Shown: positions 53,856 through 64,000 of the stretch, piece by piece
Layout: each line of letters starts with the position of its first letter
Numbering within the stretch: position 1 is the first letter of the stretch
NCBI GenBank assembly: GCA_963840855.1
Contig: CAWJBB010000084.1
Coordinates: 13,020 to 77,019 of the forward strand
Length of the DNA: 64,000 bases
Reading direction: 5' to 3'
From: an uncultured delta proteobacterium
GTDB lineage: Bacteria; Desulfobacterota; Binatia; UBA9968
The notes under the pieces: model-generated
Database searches by the model: none
What the model was told of the DNA's origin: nothing
Seen by the model: only the letters and a program-made list of their open reading frames with translations
Translations under genes and position numbers: made by a program

Positions 53856-54111
53856 CCTAATAATCTTAAGTATTTCAAATTAATTTCTTAACTTTCTATG
53901 TCAACTCAAACGTTATGTCAAGTGCAAAATTACGAAAAATTCAAAATTTCCGCGCTAAATTGGCGGCCGGAAGGTAACGCGGTCGGAAATCGACTCAGTC
54001 GGCCCCGGAGAATGGAAGGCAATTGCGCTAGAAGCGAGCGTTAGGGAGTCACCAGGGGGATGGATTGAATAAGGTTTCGCGGCCGAAATCGTCTGGAGAT
54101 TCTGGCGTAAC

Positions 54112-54201
54112 ATTCAAGTTCAGCGATTCGAGTCTTGCTCGGACGCTGAATTTTTAAATCTTGAAGCTTGAATTTTGAACCCGAAACTCAAAAGTTTCGG
54201 G
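54112..54201. repeat. Degenerate TTGAA heptamer array plus hairpin
   Basis: cttgaag cttgaat tttgaac followed by CCCGAAACT-CAAA-AGTTTCGGG. Confidence 0.5.
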
Positions 54202-54288
54202 CGGGAGAGCGGTCCCCGAGAGACAGTCCCGCGAACGACGCTGAAATCTTGCCCCGAGGACCGCTCTTGGGTGGGAGGCTGTGAATCG

Positions 54289-54957
54289 TTATCCCGATAG
54301 GGTCTCTTGTTTCGGTGCTGCTGCGCCGGGATCAAGTCCTACCAGGATCCAAGGACATTGTTGCATCAAAGAGGGGTGGTCGGACGCGAGTTTCTTCAGC
54401 AAGATACGCGCACGATCATCCGAAGAATCCATCTTAATGGCTTCAAATAACGCCCAGGCGGCAGAAGGGATTTTTCCCTGACCGTGAAAGCTGATGCCAA
54501 GATTGCGATACGCGCTGGGACGAGTCCAGTTGAGGTCCAGCGCCGTGCGGCAATGCCGCTCTCCCTCATCGTAACGGCCGACCATGTTTAAACAGTAGCC
54601 CAGATTGTTGCGCAGAATATATTCAATTTTTTTGCTGTTCGGTTGCAGGTCCAGTGCTGCTCCGAAATGGCCAATGGCGTTATCCATCTTTTGTTCGTCC
54701 GTGGCAATCTGTCCCAGCGCGAGCTGGCATTGAACATGGTATTCCGGATTGCTAGTGGTGCCGAGAAAACGGCGGAGCAAATCCTTAGCGGATTCCGCTC
54801 GCTCTATGCCCCGATAGTAGCCCACCGTAAATAGCATCCAACGAAAGTATTGGTCCTCATCGGTGGTCGTCTCGAGACGTTGGAGCAGCATCTTTTCGGT
54901 GTCCTGATCCTGAGAGGCCTCGGATGGGGCCGCTGTTTTCTTCATGAGGGTGTTCAT
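54289..54957 (-). CDS. Tetratricopeptide-repeat protein
   Basis: LALGQIA, NNLGYCL, AYRNLGI TPR helices; start uncertain (54957 or 54945). Confidence 0.8.
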   Translation of the reverse strand: MNTLMKKTAAPSEASQDQDTEKMLLQRLETTTDEDQYFRWMLFTVGYYRGIERAESAKDLLRRFLGTTSNPEYHVQCQLALGQIATDEQKMDNAIGHFGAALDLQPNSKKIEYILRNNLGYCLNMVGRYDEGERHCRTALDLNWTRPSAYRNLGISFHGQGKIPSAAWALFEAIKMDSSDDRARILLKKLASDHPSLMQQCPWILVGLDPGAAAPKQETLSG

Positions 54958-55190
54958 GGCTAGAGTTAGTAGCAACTGAAAGACCAGGCCGAATCATACT
55001 GATTTGGCACCAAAACGGCCAAAAAATACTCCTGTGCAGGCTTAAAAATGGGCAGTTGCGAATTAACCGAATTAAAGCAGGCGTTTGGACCCGATGGGAA
55101 CTGAGCGAGTGCAAAGGGTTCAAGCGGTTCAAGCCGCCCGAAACCTCAGGACTCGTCTATCGTAAATTCCTCAGCAAATGAATAAGAAGT

Positions 55191-55267
55191 TGGTGGGCCC
55201 ACCTGGACTCGAACCAGGGACCAACCGGTTATGAGCCGGTGGCTCTAACCAACTGAGCTATGGGCCC
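55191..55267 (-). tRNA. tRNA-Ile2 (CAT anticodon, lysidine type)
   Basis: 77-nt cloverleaf GGGCCCA...CTCATAA...TTCGAGT...TGGGCCCACCA; resembles ileX-type tRNAs and lies downstream of rpoD. It has no C1:A72 mismatch and no GGG/CCC anticodon stem, so it is not the initiator. Confidence 0.9.
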
Positions 55268-55325
55268 TTGAGAATGTGGGATCTGATTTCGGCGTTTAGC
55301 GCCTTGCGGTGTTTGGACTGGGTAA

Positions 55326-57185
55326 TCAGCCTTCCATGAAGGTTTTCAAGCGCTTGCTCCGGCTTGGATGTCTCAGCTTGCGCAACGCCTTGGCTTCGAT
55401 CTGGCGAATCCGTTCGCGGGTTACAGTGAATTTTTGCCCTACTTCTTCGAGCGTATGATCCGACCTTTCGCCGATACCGAAACGCATGCGCAGGACCTGC
55501 TCTTCGCGCGGCGTCAACGTCGCCAAAACCTTTCGCGTTTGCTCCTGCAAATTAATGTTGACCACGGCATCCGACGGGGTGATGATCCGTTTGTCTTCGA
55601 TAAAATCGCCGAGATGGCTGTCCTCCTCTTCGCCCACCGGCGTCTCGAGAGAAATCGGCTCTTTAGCGATCTTCAACACCTTGCGGACCTTGTCTAATGG
55701 AATCTCCATCTTATTGGCGATCTCTTCCGGCGTGGGTTCGCGGCCAATCTCCTGGACCAGATAGCGCGACGTACGGATGAGCTTATTGATGGTTTCGATC
55801 ATGTGCACCGGAATACGAATGGTTCGCGCCTGATCGGCAATAGCGCGAGTAATCGCCTGGCGAATCCACCAGGTGGCATAAGTGGAGAACTTGTAACCGC
55901 GCTGATATTCAAACTTGTCCACCGCCTTCATGAGGCCGATGTTTCCTTCCTGAATCAGATCGAGAAATTGCAGGCCCCGATTGGTGTATTTCTTTGCGAT
56001 GCTGACCACGAGTCGCAGATTGGCCTCGATCAACTCCTTTTTGGCGAGATTGGCGTTGGTTTCTCCTTCGACAATAGACCAGACGCGCCGCTTGACCTCT
56101 TCGGCCGGCATTTCGAGTTCTTTTTCGATCTGGCGAACATCGCGCCGGGCATTTTTGATATCCTCGGCCATCCGCAAAATCGCCTCATGCCCCATGCGTA
56201 GCTGGCCCGAAAGCCGCTGCCAATCCTTTTTGCGGCCATTCATACCGGAAACCAGCTTGACAATCTCCGGCCCGGGTCTGCCAATTTTTTGCTCAAAGTC
56301 CTTGACCCGCCGCTCCAACGACTGCATCCGCTCCATGGCCCTCTTCAATCCTTCGGCAATGGCTTCGGTCTGCTTACGATTGAGTTGCAACGCTTTGAGT
56401 CCAGCAATGATCTTGTCTTGGAATTTGCCAAGGCCGACCAGAAGCGTCTCTCGCCGCCGGGCCGAGAGGCGTTTGCCATCTAGTTGTTTGTGGATCTTTT
56501 CACGCTCATTTACGGTGCGGCGGATTTTGCCGATTTGATCGAGCAACCGCCGCTCTTGGATTTCGTCGTCGTCGACAGATTCGGCATCTTCCTCCCCATC
56601 ATCTTTAATGATTTCACGCACGCGGATTTCATGATTGGCGAGCTGATCGCCGAGTCCCAAGATATAGGTGAGTGCCAACGGGCTGGTCAGCACTTCGTGA
56701 ATGACTTGATTTTCGCCTTTTTCGATTTTTTTCGCGATTTCGACTTCGCCTTCACGGCTCAGGAGTGAAACGGTCCCCATTTCCCTGAGATACATGCGCA
56801 CCGGATCGCCGGTCTTGCCCACGGCATCGCCGTCGCCATCAGTATCATGTTCCTTTTCTTCTTCTTCATCGTCTGATACTTCATCACCGCCCCCGCCCAG
56901 CGTAACCCGCTGGTTGGAGTCCACCACTTCGATATCCATCTCGCCGAAGATGGACATGACATCTTCGATTTGGTCCGGCGAAACCGCCTCGGCGGGAAGC
57001 ATGTCGTTGACGTCGTCATAGGTCAGATAGCCCTTTTCCTTGCCCAGGTCGATGAGCTTTTTGACCTCTTTGCTGCTTTCTTTTTTTCCCCCGCGGCCGA
57101 TGGCAGGCTCAGCCACCGCTAACGCGGAGGCATCTTCGGCGCGAGCTTTTGGCGATCTTATTGACGTTTTCTTACGTCTTGCCAT
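55326..57185 (-). CDS. rpoD: RNA polymerase sigma factor RpoD
   Basis: [53 protein letters not shown]. Confidence 0.98.
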   Translation of the reverse strand: MARRKKTSIRSPKARAEDASALAVAEPAIGRGGKKESSKEVKKLIDLGKEKGYLTYDDVNDMLPAEAVSPDQIEDVMSIFGEMDIEVVDSNQRVTLGGGGDEVSDDEEEEKEHDTDGDGDAVGKTGDPVRMYLREMGTVSLLSREGEVEIAKKIEKGENQVIHEVLTSPLALTYILGLGDQLANHEIRVREIIKDDGEEDAESVDDDEIQERRLLDQIGKIRRTVNEREKIHKQLDGKRLSARRRETLLVGLGKFQDKIIAGLKALQLNRKQTEAIAEGLKRAMERMQSLERRVKDFEQKIGRPGPEIVKLVSGMNGRKKDWQRLSGQLRMGHEAILRMAEDIKNARRDVRQIEKELEMPAEEVKRRVWSIVEGETNANLAKKELIEANLRLVVSIAKKYTNRGLQFLDLIQEGNIGLMKAVDKFEYQRGYKFSTYATWWIRQAITRAIADQARTIRIPVHMIETINKLIRTSRYLVQEIGREPTPEEIANKMEIPLDKVRKVLKIAKEPISLETPVGEEEDSHLGDFIEDKRIITPSDAVVNINLQEQTRKVLATLTPREEQVLRMRFGIGERSDHTLEEVGQKFTVTRERIRQIEAKALRKLRHPSRSKRLKTFMEG

Positions 57186-58909
57186 TCTAGCGTCCTTTCT
57201 CGCTTCGCTTGCTCATCGTTTTTTTCTTCGGCGGCTCGAATCGCTACGCGCAAGTTCTGCCGGACATTCTTCAAGTGCTTTTGGCGTAAGTAATCAAGAC
57301 AATCGGCCGCCGCCTTGGCGCACTCGGTCTCAGCGAAACTATCACCTTCAAGTGCGAGCGCGGCGATATCGGACGCTTTGTCCGGCGCGCAGTCCTGGGC
57401 GATTCGCTCCACATCGACCCTACCATGTTCTTGCCACTGGCTCGTGATGAGGTCAACAGTGTCACGCCAGGCAGCGCCGATCCACTGTCGCGATTCAGGC
57501 TCCTTGTGAAAATCGCCAACGATCGACGGATAGCGCAGCATTAGTCCGACAAGCAACCGCTCGGCGCGATCATCGCGGCTGCGCGCCGACGTTGGTGCAG
57601 GAGGACGATCTGCGGTGAAAGCTTTTGGCGCGAGGTTTCCCCCTGGACGGCGCAACGACTCTTCGCGGATTCCGAGGGCGTCCACCGCCCGGCGCACGAG
57701 CAGATCCGCTTCAAAAGGGTTACTGATTTTCGCCAGCAGGCGACTAATCTCGGAAGCGGTTTGGCTCTTGCCCTCTAGCGTCGCGCCGTGGCGTTGATCC
57801 AACCAGGAAAAATAATAGTCCGCTAAAGGGACCGCCCCGCCGATAACGTTTTCGAGCGCGGCTTTGCCATGCTTGCGCACATAGGTGTCGGGGTCTTCGC
57901 CTTTGGGCAAAAACGCCCCCCGCCCCAACAGACCAGCGTCAATAAAAATCTCGAAGCTGCGCGCCGCCGCTTTGCGTCCCGCGTCATCGCCGTCGAAAAG
58001 CGCGATGATATTCCTGGTGTAACGCGCCAAGGCGCGCAGATGATTGGGCGTCAGCGCAGTCCCCAATGTCGCCACCGCATAATCGATCTCGTGCTGCGCC
58101 AGCGCGATAACGTCCAGGTAGCCTTCCACGACCACGACACGATCGGTTTTACGGATGCCGTCCTTCGCTTGGTGCAGGCCGTAAACTGTGGCCCCCTTGT
58201 GGAAAAGCGGCGTTTCGCTGGAGTTCAAATACTTGGGAAGCCCTTGATCCAGAACGCGTCCGCCAAAACCCACGATTTTGCCGGCGGCGTCGGCAATAGG
58301 AAACATGAGCCGGTCGGAAAATTTTTCGTAAACCCGACCGGGGTCCCGTTGCCCCATAAGTCCAAGGCGCAGCGCGTCCTGTATCGACAGGCGTTCACTA
58401 TTAAGCACGTCCGCGAGCCCCGACCCGCCCATGGGCGCGTAACCGATCATAAATCGGCGCGCCGTTGCGTCATCGACGCCGCGGGTTTTTAGGTAGGCCA
58501 GAGCCCTTTTCCCCTCGGGATGGCTCGTGAGCATCTTTTGATAATTGACTGCCGCGCGCTCGTTGATACGGTATAAGGATTCGCGTTCACTAACTTGGCG
58601 CGATGCCGGCCCGCGCTCACTCGGCTCAATGACGATGCCATAGCGCTTGGCGACTCGCTCCAGCGCCTCGGGAAAGGAAAGCTGGTCGATCTGCATGAGA
58701 AATTGAAAAACTCCACCCCCGGTATTGCAGCCGAAACAGTGAAAAATGCCCTTCTCCTCACTCACTGTAAACGAGGGGGTCTTTTCCGAATGAAATGGGC
58801 ACAGCCCCATGTGATTCCGGCCGGCTTTTTTCAAAGTCACGTAATCCGAAATCACTTCGACGATGGAAGCGCGGTCACGGATTTGGCTGATTGTTTCTTG
58901 CTTGATCAT
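57158..58909 (-). CDS. dnaG: DNA primase
   Basis: [44 protein letters not shown]; start re-called at MIKQETI. Confidence 0.97.
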   Translation of the reverse strand: MIKQETISQIRDRASIVEVISDYVTLKKAGRNHMGLCPFHSEKTPSFTVSEEKGIFHCFGCNTGGGVFQFLMQIDQLSFPEALERVAKRYGIVIEPSERGPASRQVSERESLYRINERAAVNYQKMLTSHPEGKRALAYLKTRGVDDATARRFMIGYAPMGGSGLADVLNSERLSIQDALRLGLMGQRDPGRVYEKFSDRLMFPIADAAGKIVGFGGRVLDQGLPKYLNSSETPLFHKGATVYGLHQAKDGIRKTDRVVVVEGYLDVIALAQHEIDYAVATLGTALTPNHLRALARYTRNIIALFDGDDAGRKAAARSFEIFIDAGLLGRGAFLPKGEDPDTYVRKHGKAALENVIGGAVPLADYYFSWLDQRHGATLEGKSQTASEISRLLAKISNPFEADLLVRRAVDALGIREESLRRPGGNLAPKAFTADRPPAPTSARSRDDRAERLLVGLMLRYPSIVGDFHKEPESRQWIGAAWRDTVDLITSQWQEHGRVDVERIAQDCAPDKASDIAALALEGDSFAETECAKAAADCLDYLRQKHLKNVRQNLRVAIRAAEEKNDEQAKRERTLEWQDVRKRQ

Positions 58910-58913
58910 AGAG

Positions 58914-59448
58914 CTACGCGGCTCGCAAACGCACCGTCGCCCGAGCTTCACCGGGTTCCTTGATAAAGATCTTCGTTTTGCCAAAGCGGATCAGAGTATC
59001 GGCGAGACGCGCCAGGGGCGATACGAGATAGGTGTCATCCAGCCTCTCCCGCGCGGACGGCGGGACCAATGTCGTTGAAGTCAAAGTAAAAACAACTAGA
59101 GCCGCCAGCGCAGCCCCTTTGCCGACCCCCAACAAAACACCACCCAGCCGATTGACCGTTTGCAAGAACAAGATTTCTCGCGGAACGGTGGAGCAGCCAA
59201 CCGGTCATATTGAACAAAACATAGATCACGAAGAAGCAGATCATAAAGGCGACACCTTTGAGAATGATCGGCGTAGCATTCCAATGGGTCGCGACCAGGC
59301 CGGCAAGCGGCTCGGCATAACGGGCCGCCCCGACAAACCCTGCGACTAGACCCAACAAAGAAAACACCTCACGGAACAGTCCGCGAAAATAGCCCCTGAG
59401 CCCGAACAAAAGCATTACCACCAGCAGCGTTAGATCGATCCAGTTCAC
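58914..59448 (-). pseudogene. cvpA: CvpA (colicin V production) family membrane protein, single frameshift near 59178
   Basis: MNWIDL...RGYFRGLFREVFSL in one frame and NRLGGVLLGVGKG in the next; one extra base separates them. Confidence 0.82.
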
Positions 59449-59693
59449 CCGCGAGAACCATCATTCCACAATGACAACGCAAATCCGAAATTATCAAGGC
59501 GAGAATAACGATTTGAAACCATGAAATGTACGGTTGGCCTATTCCTGTTGTTGGACGGCGCAATTCGATGAATTGCCGCCGTTAGCGGACGGTGACAACG
59601 CGCAAGGCTCCATCGTATCGCGCGCCTCTAAGCCCCATAGGCTTGGATGATGTGCCCTCTCCGCCGCCGGGGCGCACTATAACCGCCCTCCTA

Positions 59694-60140
59694 TCAACCG
59701 CCAAGCAGCGCCTTGGCCAATTCGTTCACTCGTTTGCCGTCGGTTCGACCGCTAACCTTGGGCATCACCTGCTTCATGACTTTGCCCAAGTCCTGTACTC
59801 CAGTCGCGCCTAATTCAGCGATGCTCTCCCGGATCAAAGTTTGCACTTCTTGCTCCGTGAGGGGCTGCGGTAGATAGGCCTGGAGAATCTCGAGTTCCGC
59901 CTCTTCTTTTTGAGCCAAATCATTTCGGCCACCCTTACGGTAAAGGTCGATGGCCTCGCTGCGCTGCTTGCTGAGAGTTGCAATGACCTTTTGAATTTCT
60001 TCGGCGCCAAGCTCCTTACGTAGCCTGATTTCCTCGTTATGAACAGCCGCCAATAGCAGTCGCAAGGTCGACAGTTTTACCGCGTCGCGGCTTTTTAGCG
60101 CTGCTTTGGCGGCTTCCTGGAGCCCGGCTTTTAGTTCCAT
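59694..60140 (-). CDS. GatB/YqeY domain protein
   Basis: KQRSEAIDLY, YLPQPL, DLGKVMK, GRTDGK; follows rpsU. Confidence 0.93.
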   Translation of the reverse strand: MELKAGLQEAAKAALKSRDAVKLSTLRLLLAAVHNEEIRLRKELGAEEIQKVIATLSKQRSEAIDLYRKGGRNDLAQKEEAELEILQAYLPQPLTEQEVQTLIRESIAELGATGVQDLGKVMKQVMPKVSGRTDGKRVNELAKALLGG

Positions 60141-60165
60141 TTTTAATTCGCCGCCCGCCTATGGG

Positions 60166-60360
60166 TCAAAAAGAATGGCGTACACGCCGCAGCGCGCGCT
60201 TTTTCGCCGCGATCGCTTTTTTCTTTCTCTTGACGCTCGGCTTTTCGTAATGCTCTCGCTTGCGTAATTCCGCCAAAATGCCAGCCTTTTCACACAGTTT
60301 TTTGAAACGACGAATGGCGCTTTCGATGGACTCGTTTTCGCGAACTCGAACACCTGTCAT
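60166..60360 (-). CDS. rpsU: 30S ribosomal protein S21
   Basis: [26 protein letters not shown]. Confidence 0.97.
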   Translation of the reverse strand: MTGVRVRENESIESAIRRFKKLCEKAGILAELRKREHYEKPSVKRKKKAIAAKKRALRRVRHSF

Positions 60361-60405
60361 AAAATAAGCTCACCCCCAATCACCACGGGCCGTTGCCGAC
60401 TTATG

Positions 60406-60433
60406 ATTTTAGCCGAATTCCGAGTCAAGTCAA
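60406..60433 (-). promoter_or_regulatory. Putative sigma70 promoter of the rpsU-yqeY-cvpA-dnaG-rpoD cluster
   Basis: Minus strand TTGACT-N16-TAAAAT. Confidence 0.5.
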
Positions 60434-60537
60434 GCAATTGCCTTGAAGAACAAGGTATTTACGAATCGCCGCTGCTATTCAACCTATTAAATCACCCGGG
60501 GCAACATGAAATTCAGCCTGAGAGCTTGGACTGCCTG

Positions 60538-61257
60538 TTAGATTTTTGCAAAGCGCTCGGGAAAATCGGAAACGATCCCCTGGACTCCGAGAGACGCGAA
60601 CCTCTCGATCTCGACGCGATCGTTTAAAGTCCAAACGTAGACGTCGAACCCTTCGTCCCAGGCCCGCTGGAGAAAGTCGCGCGACGCCAGTTCCTTTTGG
60701 ACATGAATGGACCGAGCTCCCAGGCCGATGGCCGCCGTGATTGGATCCTCTCGTACGCCATCGCCGAAAATCACTCCGATGCGCGCGTCGGGCGCGAACT
60801 CACGCACCCGTCGCAAACAATGGTAATCGAAGGACGACAGAATCACCCGGTCCAAATAATCGAAATGGCTGATAGTAAATAACACTTTGAGCTCGATTCC
60901 CGCGGGCGAGCTGGAAAATTGCTTGATATCGATGCAAAGACTGGCATCGCCGTCGATGAACGCCAAGACCTCTTCTAGGGTTTGAATGCGCTCGCGGCAA
61001 AAACTCTTTTTGCGCCAGCTGCCGATATCGACTTTCTTGAGTTGTTCTAGGGAACGCTGGCCGATGGTACCGCGCATTTTCGCGATGCGCGAGAGCTTTT
61101 CGTCATGAAAGACTACAACGTGACCGTCATGGCTGAGCTGGCAATCCAACTCGATCATGTCAGCGCGCGCTTCGATGGCTTTTTGAAACGCCAGACGAGT
61201 ATTTTCAGGAAACAAACCGGATGCGCCCCGGTGAGCGATTTTGGTCAAGTTCCGCAT
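60538..61257 (-). CDS. Glycerophosphodiester phosphodiesterase family protein
   Basis: IAHRGASG, PENT, IELD, VVFHD, LSSFD, VWTLN, IVSDFP. Confidence 0.92.
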   Translation of the reverse strand: MRNLTKIAHRGASGLFPENTRLAFQKAIEARADMIELDCQLSHDGHVVVFHDEKLSRIAKMRGTIGQRSLEQLKKVDIGSWRKKSFCRERIQTLEEVLAFIDGDASLCIDIKQFSSSPAGIELKVLFTISHFDYLDRVILSSFDYHCLRRVREFAPDARIGVIFGDGVREDPITAAIGLGARSIHVQKELASRDFLQRAWDEGFDVYVWTLNDRVEIERFASLGVQGIVSDFPERFAKI

Positions 61258-61273
61258 CGCCGCTCAAATGCGC

Positions 61274-62023
61274 TCAGGCAGAGCTTCCCGGTAGACTTAA
61301 ATGGATCAAAAACTCCTTGTTGCCTTTGGGGCCCAATAACGGCGACTCGATGACCCCATGCAGGTGAAAATAGAGGCCGGCGGCAACATTTTCTATTTCT
61401 TCGACGACGCGCCGATGGTCCTCGTTGGATCGCACCACGCCGCCTTTGCCGACCCGTCCTTTCCCGACTTCAAATTGAGGCTTGATGAGCGCAACCACTT
61501 CAGCGCCTGGCTCAAGCAGTGTTTTCACCGCCGGGAGTACCAGTTTAAGCGAGATGAACGAGACGTCGATTGTGGCAAGACTTACGCGGGATGGAAGAGC
61601 GCCAATCTCGAGAAAACGAATGTTGGTTTTTTCAAAAACAACGACGCGCGGATGGTTTCTCAGCTTCCAATCCAGCTGGCCGTAGCCCACATCCACCGCG
61701 TAGACTCGCGCGGCGCCATGCTGCAGCAAGCAATCGGTAAATCCGCCGGTGGACGCGCCGACGTCAAGGGCGATTTTGCCATCGACGTCGACTTTAAATT
61801 CTTGAAGCGCTTTTGCCAGCTTGATTCCGCCACGGCTAGCATAGGGCGCGGTAGTGGACCTAAATCGTATCGCCGCGTCGGCATCAACGAGACTTCCGAC
61901 TTTCGTAACCGGATGATCATCGACCAACACCTCACCGGCCAAGACCCGCGCCCGTCCCGCTTCGCGGCTCGTTACCAGACCTCGCGCTACCAGCAGTTTG
62001 TCTATGCGCTCCCGCGTTCCCAT
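61274..62023 (-). CDS. tlyA: TlyA family rRNA (cytidine-2'-O)-methyltransferase
   Basis: [44 protein letters not shown]; start re-called at MGTRERID. Confidence 0.95.
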   Translation of the reverse strand: MGTRERIDKLLVARGLVTSREAGRARVLAGEVLVDDHPVTKVGSLVDADAAIRFRSTTAPYASRGGIKLAKALQEFKVDVDGKIALDVGASTGGFTDCLLQHGAARVYAVDVGYGQLDWKLRNHPRVVVFEKTNIRFLEIGALPSRVSLATIDVSFISLKLVLPAVKTLLEPGAEVVALIKPQFEVGKGRVGKGGVVRSNEDHRRVVEEIENVAAGLYFHLHGVIESPLLGPKGNKEFLIHLSLPGSSA

Positions 62024-63918
62024 CCCTCCCTGGTTCTTTTTCTGCCGAGGCGCATCATCTGAAGCGCCGCCTGTGTAATGCTTTCGCGGTCGAAACCACA
62101 AAGCTTTCTAAGTTCATCTTGCGTGCCGTGGGGAATGAATCGGTCCGGCACCCCCAAACAGCGCAGGTGCACGCCGGTGATGCCTGCTTCGGCGAAAAAC
62201 TCCAGCACCGCGCTGCCAAATCCGCCGGATATGGCATGGTCTTCAACCGTGATCACATAGGAAACATTGCGCAACGCTCCTCGCAGCAGTTCCTTATCCA
62301 GAGGTTTCACGAAGCGCGCATTTACCACGGCCGCATCGATGCCCAAGGGCGCCAATTCTTCCGCCGCCGCCAAAGCCGGAAGGACAGCTTGGCCAATGGC
62401 CAATATCGCCACGCTTTTTCCTGGCCGCAGTAATTCTCCTTTGCCGATCTCCAGCGCGCGCCCTTGAGCCTCCATGGGCACACCCCAACCTTCACCGCGC
62501 GGATAGCGGAGCGAGATTGGACCGGTATGTTCGATGGCGGTTTGCAACATATGCTGCAGCTCATTTTCGTCCTTGGGTGCCATGATCACGAGATTGGGAA
62601 TCGAGCGCATATAGGCAAAATCGAATACGCCGTGATGCGTCGGCCCGTCGGCCCCCACCAAGCCGCCGCGGTCGAGCGCCAAGACAACGTGGAGATTTTG
62701 CACGCAGACATCATGGAGAATTTGGTCATAGCCGCGCTGCAAGAATGTCGAATATATCGCCACCACTGGAATCAATCCTTCCGTCGCCATGCCCGCCGCG
62801 AAAGTCACGGCGTGCTGTTCAGCGATGCCGACGTCGTAGGAACGCTCGGGGAAGTCCTTGGCAAATTTATCGATGCCTGTGCCGCTGCCCATGGCGGCAG
62901 TGATGGCGACGACCTTGGGATTTTCTTTCGCCGCCCGCAAAAGCGCCTGGGCGAAAATTTCCGTGTAACTCGGGACCGGGCTCTTGGCTTTCTTGGGTTT
63001 TCCCGTCAGCACGTGGAACGGCGTCACGCTGTGGTACTTGACGGGGTCCGCCTCGGCGGGCGCATAACCTTTGCCTTTTTTGGTCAGCACATGGACCAGT
63101 GTCGGTCCTTCGATCTTCTTGACATTTTCCAACGTCTGAATCATTTCGCCGACATTGTGGCCATCGATGGGACCGACGTATTGAAAACCCAGACTCTCAA
63201 ACAAAAATCCCGGGGTGACCAGACCGAGAAACACGTCTCTGAGCTTGCGCGCGGCGAGCTTGAGATTCTCGCCACTGGGAAGGCTTTTGAGCCAAGTGGA
63301 AATATTTTTTTGCAACCGCACGGCGAGATTGGTGGTGAACTGCTTGCTTAGAAAAGCCGACACGGCGCCGACCCGCGGGTCGATGAAATGTTCGTTGTCG
63401 TTCAAAACTACGATCAAGTCGCGATCGAGATGGCCGGCCTGATTCAGGCCCTCGAATGTGAGCCCGGCGCTCAGGCCGCCGTCGCTGATCACGGCGACAA
63501 CGCGACGTGGCGAACGCTGTAATCTATTGGCTTCGACCATGCCCAGCGCCGCCGATATTGACGTTCCCGCGTGGCCAGCGCCAAAGACATCGTATTCGCT
63601 TTCCTCGCGGCTCAAAAATCCGCTCAACCCGCCCAACTGCCGGATCGTCCCGAGCCGTTCGCGCCGCCCGCAGATAAGCTTATGCGCGTAAGCTTGATGA
63701 CCGGTATCCCAAACGATGCGGTCCTCGGGCGTGTCGAACACATAATGCAACGCCAAGGTCAGCTCAACGGCGCCGAGAGTCGAGGCAAAATGGCCGCCCA
63801 CCTCCGACACCACGGAAATAACCTCTTCGCGGATTTCCTCCGCGAGTTGCGGCAGCTCTTCCGGCGTTAATTTGCGAACGTCTTTTGGATAATCGATACC
63901 ATCGAGTAAGCGAGCCAT
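62002..63918 (-). CDS. dxs: 1-deoxy-D-xylulose-5-phosphate synthase
   Basis: [48 protein letters not shown]; start re-called at MARLLD. Confidence 0.97.
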   Translation of the reverse strand: MARLLDGIDYPKDVRKLTPEELPQLAEEIREEVISVVSEVGGHFASTLGAVELTLALHYVFDTPEDRIVWDTGHQAYAHKLICGRRERLGTIRQLGGLSGFLSREESEYDVFGAGHAGTSISAALGMVEANRLQRSPRRVVAVISDGGLSAGLTFEGLNQAGHLDRDLIVVLNDNEHFIDPRVGAVSAFLSKQFTTNLAVRLQKNISTWLKSLPSGENLKLAARKLRDVFLGLVTPGFLFESLGFQYVGPIDGHNVGEMIQTLENVKKIEGPTLVHVLTKKGKGYAPAEADPVKYHSVTPFHVLTGKPKKAKSPVPSYTEIFAQALLRAAKENPKVVAITAAMGSGTGIDKFAKDFPERSYDVGIAEQHAVTFAAGMATEGLIPVVAIYSTFLQRGYDQILHDVCVQNLHVVLALDRGGLVGADGPTHHGVFDFAYMRSIPNLVIMAPKDENELQHMLQTAIEHTGPISLRYPRGEGWGVPMEAQGRALEIGKGELLRPGKSVAILAIGQAVLPALAAAEELAPLGIDAAVVNARFVKPLDKELLRGALRNVSYVITVEDHAISGGFGSAVLEFFAEAGITGVHLRCLGVPDRFIPHGTQDELRKLCGFDRESITQAALQMMRLGRKRTREGWERGSA

Positions 63919-63952
63919 ATTAGCAGCGCATCTCCTGTGTCTGTAAATTTGC

Positions 63953-64000
63953 CTAAATCCTGAGGGCTCTCTCTGCCACGTAACCGGCAATGGCGCGGAG
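63953..64000 (-). CDS. C-terminal end of a polyprenyl synthetase (IspA-like), truncated by the window edge
   Basis: LRAIAGYVAERALRI* resembles IspA C-termini, and ispA commonly precedes dxs. Confidence 0.55.
   Translation of the reverse strand, partial: LRAIAGYVAERALRI

Noticed and set aside
53238-53990. Glutamine (glnA-motif) riboswitch for gltB
   Set aside because: There is no GGAAGTA three-way-junction core on the sense strand; a GAAGGTAACGCG look-alike near 53970 is on the wrong strand.
55191-55267. tRNA as Met/fMet, or as an island integration site
   Set aside because: Sequence features and position fit Ile2. No integrase or duplicated tRNA 3' end was seen in the window.
59449-59693. 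Riboswitch upstream of cvpA
   Set aside because: Several hairpins are present, but I could recognise no ZTP, PRPP or purine aptamer consensus.

Overview
A 64-kb window of a GC-rich bacterial chromosome. Gene content and order (pyrR-pyrB-carAB-recG; ispA-dxs-tlyA-...-rpsU-yqeY-cvpA-dnaG-rpoD-tRNA-Ile2; many orphan solute-binding proteins) suggest a Deltaproteobacteria-like lineage such as Candidatus Binatia; this is inference only. Housekeeping blocks lie at both ends: a pyrimidine operon plus recG on the left, and gltBD, lrp and the macromolecular-synthesis cluster on the right. Between them is about 38 kb of accessory metabolic genes: a CoA-transferase/MaoC/acyl-CoA dehydrogenase/CitE-like cluster, amidohydrolases, an ALDH, a damaged FdhF/YdeP molybdoenzyme, an atypical argininosuccinate-lyase-fold enzyme with an SBP and TcuA, and several frameshifted genes. 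The most notable system is the pyr locus. Its aspartate carbamoyltransferase is fused to a PyrI-type Zn domain, an Ada-like module and a second PyrR-like PRTase domain. It sits beside a stand-alone PyrR with complementary residue losses. The operon leader carries a PyrR-binding loop that sequesters the ribosome-binding site of a 12-codon uORF whose stop codon overlaps an intrinsic terminator. A dispersed family of GTTCAA/TTGAAC 7-mer and 9-mer tandem/inverted repeats, a ~129-bp MITE-like element and REP-like palindromes occupy intergenic spaces. No CRISPR array, rRNA, integrase or transposase was seen.
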